Of a stretch of DNA of 62,109 nucleotides, positions 57,275 through 62,109 are shown one piece after another; within the stretch, counting starts at the first letter, position 1; the number at the start of each line of letters is the position of its first letter. The notes under the pieces are model-generated. The model was not told the origin of the DNA. It saw only the letters and a program-made list of their open reading frames with translations, and did not search any database. This DNA comes from Bacteroidetes bacterium UBA7692 (lineage in GTDB: Bacteria > Bacteroidota > Bacteroidia > Chitinophagales > LD1). The stretch spans positions 2,373 through 64,481 of the forward strand of contig DLGO01000030.1 in assembly GCA_002482725.1 (NCBI GenBank). Reading direction: 5' to 3'. Both the position numbers and the translations under genes were made by a program.

Positions 57275-58096
57275 ATGGCAGAGCAAACTGAAGAGCAAGA
57301 AATGGGTTTTTTTGACCACCTGGAGGTTCTCCGGTGGCACCTGGTACGTTCTGCTGCCGCTATAGTTATCATGGCCATTGTCTTTTTTGTAAAGACAGAC
57401 TTTGTTTTTGACACGGTATTATTCGGGCCAACCAAAACAGACTTCCCTACATACAGGGCATTGTGCTATCTGTCCAAGCGGTTTAACTGGGGAGAGTCAT
57501 TGTGCATCAGCGGGTTCAATGTGCAGTTTATGAATACCGAGCTATTCGGGCAGTTCATCATACAATTAAAGACAGCCGTGGTAATGGGCTTCATTGTGGC
57601 ATTCCCTTATATCATATTTGAGTTGTGGCGTTTTGTGAAGCCGGCATTGACCGAAGGCGAATCGAGGCAGGTAAGCAAGGTTATATTGGGTAGCTCTATC
57701 TTCTTCTTTATAGGGGTGTTGTTCAGCTACTTCATTATTGTACCTTTCTCTATCAACTTTGCTTTCAGCTACGAGGTAAGTGCACAGATAGATAACCGCA
57801 TAACGCTGGATAACTATATAGACTTCCTGACTACCATGAGCCTGGGCATAGGGCTGGTATTTGAGCTGCCTATGATAACCATGGCACTTGCGCGTTTTGG
57901 CCTGCTGACAGCAGCTACCATGCGCAAGTTCAGGAGGCACTCTATAGTAGTAATACTGATAGCGGCGGCCATCATTACCCCATCGCCGGATATATTTACC
58001 CAGATGATAGTAGCCATACCTATTTACTTCCTGTTCGAGTTCAGCATATTTGCTGCCGGCAGGATAGAAAAAAGGGCAGATAAAGCAGCTATTTAA
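57275..58096 (+). CDS. tatC: Twin-arginine translocase subunit TatC
   Basis: M.F.DHLE.LRW.L, W.FV.PAL...E, GL.FELP, RRH, AA.ITP.PD..TQ...A.P...LFE. Confidence 0.96.
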   Translation: MAEQTEEQEMGFFDHLEVLRWHLVRSAAAIVIMAIVFFVKTDFVFDTVLFGPTKTDFPTYRALCYLSKRFNWGESLCISGFNVQFMNTELFGQFIIQLKTAVVMGFIVAFPYIIFELWRFVKPALTEGESRQVSKVILGSSIFFFIGVLFSYFIIVPFSINFAFSYEVSAQIDNRITLDNYIDFLTTMSLGIGLVFELPMITMALARFGLLTAATMRKFRRHSIVVILIAAAIITPSPDIFTQMIVAIPIYFLFEFSIFAAGRIEKRADKAAI

Positions 58097-58151
58097 TCAG
58101 CACTTTTAGTGTATCTTTAGCAGGCTATATTCCGTACAATTTATCAGGACT

Positions 58152-59075
58152 ATGACAATCAACCGCAGGCATTTTATACAGCGTTCACTTACCGCATCTG
58201 CATTACTGGCAGCATCTCAATTTCCCTTCGAGGCATTTGCCAAAGGAGACATGCAGCGACTGGTAATACTGCATACCAATGACCAGCATTCGCGCATAGA
58301 CCCCTTCCCAATGGATGGTGGTAAATATGAAGGTGCGGGAGGATTTGCAAACCGCGCGGCAGTAATAAAAAAAATAAGGAGCGAAGAGCCACATGTACTG
58401 CTGCTGGATAGTGGCGATATATGGCAGGGCACACCTTACTTCAACATGTATGGCGGGGAGCTGGAGTACAAGTTGATGAGCGAAATGCGATACGATGCAT
58501 CGACTATTGGCAACCACGATTTTGATATAGGATTGGAAGGCTTGGTAAAGCAATTGCCACATGCTGCTTTCCCTTTCCTGTGCAGCAACTACGACTTCAG
58601 CGATACGCCAATGAGCGGCAAGACACAGCCCTACAAAATATTTAAGTACGGTGATATAAGCGTTGGTGTGTTCGGGCTTGGCATAGCCCTGGATGGACTG
58701 GTGCCAAAGCAACTGAGCGGCAACACCATATACAATGACCCGATAAAAGCTGCTAACAAAACTGCCGGGCTGCTAAAGCATGATATGCAATGCGACCTCG
58801 TAATCTGCCTTTCGCATTTGGGTTATAAATATGAAACGAAAGCAGTAAGTGATGTGATACTTGCTACTGAAACAAGCAATATTGACCTGATACTGGGAGG
58901 GCATACCCATACTTTTTTTCCAAAACCTGAGGAGTTACTGAATTCTGACAAGAAAAAAGTAATTATTAATCAGGTTGGATTTGCCGGAATCATGCTCGGA
59001 AAAATTGAGTTTTATTTTGAGAAAAAACGTAGAGGATTAATCATACCTAATAGTCCGTTGAGGATCAACACTTAA
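58152..59075 (+). CDS. Tat-exported 5'-nucleotidase-family metallophosphoesterase (N-terminal catalytic domain only)
   Basis: Tat motif NRRHFIQ; ILHTNDQHS, LDSGD..QGT, GNHDFD, LSHLG, GGHTH. Confidence 0.9.
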   Translation: MTINRRHFIQRSLTASALLAASQFPFEAFAKGDMQRLVILHTNDQHSRIDPFPMDGGKYEGAGGFANRAAVIKKIRSEEPHVLLLDSGDIWQGTPYFNMYGGELEYKLMSEMRYDASTIGNHDFDIGLEGLVKQLPHAAFPFLCSNYDFSDTPMSGKTQPYKIFKYGDISVGVFGLGIALDGLVPKQLSGNTIYNDPIKAANKTAGLLKHDMQCDLVICLSHLGYKYETKAVSDVILATETSNIDLILGGHTHTFFPKPEELLNSDKKKVIINQVGFAGIMLGKIEFYFEKKRRGLIIPNSPLRINT

Positions 59076-59120
59076 GCCCTCTTAAAAATAATTATCACTT
59101 TTTTATTTTCGTTTGCTTGT

Positions 59121-59129
59121 ATATCCACA
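59121..59129 (+). promoter_or_regulatory. DnaA-box-like site upstream of dnaA
   Basis: ATATCCACA, 8/9 match to TTATCCACA, in the AT-rich region before dnaA; consistent with autoregulation. Confidence 0.5.
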
Positions 59130-59274
59130 ATAGATTTATTAAGGGCGGGGAGATGAAAAAAAAACAACAAAAGCAATAGCAAAAAAATTTTTTTTCTAAC
59201 ATCGTTATACGCATTTTCACAGTCGCTTCAGAGAGCGAATATTTATTTGTTCACCTACTAACTAATTTATCTCA

Positions 59275-60711
59275 ATGTTGAAAGAAAAATCGGCTACATC
59301 TATTTGGAACAGTTGCTTAGAGATCATTAAAGACAATGTGAGTGCCCAGAGTTTCAAAACGTGGTTCGAGCCGATTAAGCCTGTTGAATTACAGGGTAAT
59401 GTTCTTACAATCCAAGTGCCGTCTCAATTCTTTTACGAATGGCTTGAAGAACACTACGTGTCGTTATTGCGCAAAACTATCAAGCGCGAGCTTGGTACAG
59501 AAGCACGCCTTGAATACCGCATTGTTGTAGAAAACAACGGTCCTACGCCAAGCACTATTGATTACCCGAATTTTAATACCGGGAACTCAAACAATCAGGA
59601 CACAAGTTTCCCGCTTACATTGCAGGGCAACAACATCAAGAATCCTTTTGTGATTCCTGGTCTTAAGAAAATCAATATCGACCCTCAATTGAATTCGAAC
59701 TACAACTTCGACAACTTTGTGGAAGGCGATTGTAACCGCCTTGCACGCAGCGCAGGATACGCCGTGGCACAAAAGCCGGGTGGTACTGCATTCAACCCGC
59801 TGGTAATCTACGGTGCGGTTGGCTTAGGCAAAACACACATGGCACAGGCTATAGGAAACGAGGTGAAAAGCCAGTTCCCTAACAAGACTGTACTATATGT
59901 ATCCAGCGAAAAATTTACCAATCAGTTTTTTGATGCTGTAAAGAACAACTCAGTAAACGACTTCGTACATTTCTATCAGTTGATTGATGTGTTGATAGTG
60001 GATGATATCCAGTTCTTCTCTAACAAAGAGAAAACACAGGACATCTTCTTCCACATCTTTAATCACCTGCACCAGAGTGGCAAACAGTTGGTATTAACTA
60101 CCGACCGCTCGCCAAGAGACCTGGAAGGAATGGAAGAAAGATTGCTTTCCCGTTTCAAATGGGGTTTGAGCGCAGACCTTCAGGTGCCTGACTTCGAAAC
60201 ACGTATTGCAATACTTGAAAAGAAAATGTATGCAGACGGTATAGAGCTTCCTCGTGAGGTGGTAGAATTCGTTGCATACAACATCAACACCAACGTGCGT
60301 GAACTGGAGGCAGCGCTTATATCTCTATTGGCACAGGCGTCACTTAACCGCAAAGAAGTGGATCTTGACCTTGCCAAAAAAATCATCAAGAATTTTGTAA
60401 AGACTATGAGCCGCGAGGTAAGCATAGACTACATACAAAAAACTGTGTGCGAATACTTTAATGTACCCGTAGATATGCTTCGCGAAAAAACACGCAAGCG
60501 TATGGTGGTACAGGCGCGTCAGCTATCTATGTTCCTTGCAAAGAACTATACCAAGAATTCTTTGAAAGTAATAGGCAAGCACTTTGGCGGAAGGGATCAC
60601 TCTACGGTGATACACTCTTGCCAGGCGGTACAAAACCTGATAGATACAGACCAGGAGTTCAGGGAGTCGGTAACAGACATCCAGAAGAAAATTCAAATGA
60701 GCATTTCTTAA
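59275..60711 (+). CDS. dnaA: Chromosomal replication initiator DnaA
   Basis: FDNFVEGDCN, FNPL..YG..GLGKTH, DDIQF, RL.SRF.WGL, NVRELE, RQ..M.L, FGGRDHSTV.HS. Confidence 0.99.
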   Translation: MLKEKSATSIWNSCLEIIKDNVSAQSFKTWFEPIKPVELQGNVLTIQVPSQFFYEWLEEHYVSLLRKTIKRELGTEARLEYRIVVENNGPTPSTIDYPNFNTGNSNNQDTSFPLTLQGNNIKNPFVIPGLKKINIDPQLNSNYNFDNFVEGDCNRLARSAGYAVAQKPGGTAFNPLVIYGAVGLGKTHMAQAIGNEVKSQFPNKTVLYVSSEKFTNQFFDAVKNNSVNDFVHFYQLIDVLIVDDIQFFSNKEKTQDIFFHIFNHLHQSGKQLVLTTDRSPRDLEGMEERLLSRFKWGLSADLQVPDFETRIAILEKKMYADGIELPREVVEFVAYNINTNVRELEAALISLLAQASLNRKEVDLDLAKKIIKNFVKTMSREVSIDYIQKTVCEYFNVPVDMLREKTRKRMVVQARQLSMFLAKNYTKNSLKVIGKHFGGRDHSTVIHSCQAVQNLIDTDQEFRESVTDIQKKIQMSIS

Positions 60712-60733
60712 TCGCAGATTAAGCAAAACATAC

Positions 60734-60763
60734 AAAGCCTCCGGAAAAACCGGGGGCTTTTTT
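60734..60763. terminator. Intrinsic (probably bidirectional) terminator between dnaA and flippase
   Basis: AAAGCCTCCGG-AAAAA-CCGGGGGCTTT-TTT between convergent genes. Confidence 0.85.
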
Positions 60764-62108
60764 ATTTGATGGCGATGACGCGCAGCAGTTCCCTCCTTTC
60801 TACAAGAAATGCCACTGCTGCAAATGCAAACAGCAACACTGCGCTGATAGCAATGGATATAACCTTTGACCCACCGGGCAGCTGAACATCTATAAACACC
60901 TTTAGCTGCCACAGCGCAACACCCGCTACTATATAGGCAATTACCTTAGTCATGTTATACGGTACAGGAAAATACGTTTGCCCCAGCAGGTACGACACCA
61001 GGGCCATAGCAGCATAGCATACAAGCGTGGCCCAGGCAGCGCCCATATAGCCCATACGCGGAATCCAAAGCACATTGAGGATGATGGTAAGCACAGCACC
61101 ACCAATGGCCACCATAGCGCCTAAATACGTTTTGTCTGTAAGCTTGTACCAAATCGTAAGGTTGGTGTATATGCCCAGGCAAAGATTGGCCACCATAAGA
61201 ATAGGAACCACTGCCAGGCCCACGCGGAAGTCCTTGCCGATGAAGCCCGCAAACTGATTGATGAACAACATCACCATCAGGAATATGAATACACAGAAGA
61301 TGCTGAAGTAGTTGAGCACATCGGCATATATCTTGCGCGAGTCGCTCTTTTCGGCATGGGCAAAAAAGAATGGCTCTGCCGCAAAGCGAAAAGCCTGGAT
61401 GAACAGGGTCATTAAAATACTGAGCTTGTAGCAGGCACCATAGATACCCAGCATAGCAAGATTTGTATTGCTATCATACGGCAGCAGGTATTTCAGCAGC
61501 ATCCTGTCGAGCATCTCGTTGATGATGCCAGCGAAACCAATTACCACAAGCGGCAGGGAATACCTCAGCATCTGCTTAAACAAATCGCGGTCGAAACCAT
61601 AGCGGGCATCTATTATCTGCGGGCTAAGCAACAACAGCTTAACCCCGCTGGCAATCAGGTTGGCAAGGAATACCAGGCCAACACCCATAGCGGGGCTATA
61701 GAATTGTACAGAATACTCAGGATGGTTGTAGTACATGTTGCGCGCAAACACCAGAAAGAAAAGCGTAAGGCCAACGTTTACACCAATCTCTATCAACTTG
61801 ATAGCCGCAAAGCGGATGGGCTTATTTTCGGCACGCAGGCGGGCAAAGGGAATAGCGCTGATGGCATCAAGTGCCAGTATCAATACAAACCACTGAATGT
61901 ACTCTACATGGGCCTCGTATTTCATAGCAGAAGCTATCTGCCTGGAAAATACTAGCCCAAGCACGCAAAACGTAAGCGCAAAGCCGGTAACAAAACGGAA
62001 TGCCGTGGAATATACTTTTAAGGGGTCGCCGCCATAGTTGCGGTAGCGGAAGTAACCGGTCTCCAGCCCAAAGGCCAATAATATGGTAAAGAAGCCGCTA
62101 TAAGAGTA
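60762..62108 (-). CDS. Polysaccharide/lipid II flippase-family protein (5' truncated by window)
   Basis: G.ET.YFR, PFARLR....P.RFA, YSLPL..IG.AGIINE..DR, GIYGACYKL, QAFRFAAEPFFF; 12+ TMs; frame open to the window edge. Confidence 0.88.
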   Translation of the reverse strand, partial: YSYSGFFTILLAFGLETGYFRYRNYGGDPLKVYSTAFRFVTGFALTFCVLGLVFSRQIASAMKYEAHVEYIQWFVLILALDAISAIPFARLRAENKPIRFAAIKLIEIGVNVGLTLFFLVFARNMYYNHPEYSVQFYSPAMGVGLVFLANLIASGVKLLLLSPQIIDARYGFDRDLFKQMLRYSLPLVVIGFAGIINEMLDRMLLKYLLPYDSNTNLAMLGIYGACYKLSILMTLFIQAFRFAAEPFFFAHAEKSDSRKIYADVLNYFSIFCVFIFLMVMLFINQFAGFIGKDFRVGLAVVPILMVANLCLGIYTNLTIWYKLTDKTYLGAMVAIGGAVLTIILNVLWIPRMGYMGAAWATLVCYAAMALVSYLLGQTYFPVPYNMTKVIAYIVAGVALWQLKVFIDVQLPGGSKVISIAISAVLLFAFAAVAFLVERRELLRVIAIK

Positions 62109-62109
62109 C

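Noticed and set aside
59076-59274. Possible oriC upstream of dnaA
   Set aside because: AT-rich, but only one near-consensus DnaA box is visible and dnaN is not adjacent (usual in Bacteroidota). Insufficient to call an origin.
1-62109. tRNA, rRNA or CRISPR arrays
   Set aside because: No cloverleaf, rRNA-like or regularly spaced repeat-spacer pattern seen in any intergenic region by eye.

Overview
Bacteroidota chromosomal window. This is supported by TAnnTTTG promoters, a T9SS-CTD protein, a Bacteroidota-type rpmF and dnaA without adjacent dnaN. (i) 1-361: right end of an IS3-family element. (ii) 505-23883: a co-oriented, tightly spaced ~23 kb polymorphic-toxin locus, the most interesting part of the window. 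It encodes a 945-aa secreted probable outer-membrane beta-barrel with a large helical insertion, a 384-aa secreted Ig/Fn3-like protein, a 2147-aa TcB/SpvB-like YD-shell protein, a LolA-like periplasmic protein and a 3393-aa RHS protein. The RHS protein has a ~1,800-aa insertion rich in Cys and O-glycosylation sequons and ends in an HExxH metallopeptidase-like toxin domain. Cognate and orphan immunity-like genes follow. All five core genes have Sec-type signal peptides, and no T6SS, T9SS-CTD or TcA component is visible, suggesting a dedicated export/delivery system (inference). (iii) 24279-32878: housekeeping genes (fahA, ruvB, SPOR protein, deoC, lemA-TPM-TPM, pepP, GPH-family MFS). (iv) 33146-42809: AT-richer island with five PhyH-type 2OG-Fe(II) dioxygenase genes (six catalytic domains), a polytopic membrane protein, a pentaheme cytochrome c and an orphan Wzt ATPase. 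(v) 42824-62109: 6-PAS histidine kinase/response regulator, T9SS-secreted hydrolase-like protein, M19 dipeptidase-like protein, trmB, rpmF, yceD, OppA-like SBP, xth, tatC, Tat-exported nucleotidase, dnaA and a partial flippase. All family calls come from motif recognition by eye; no database searches were run.
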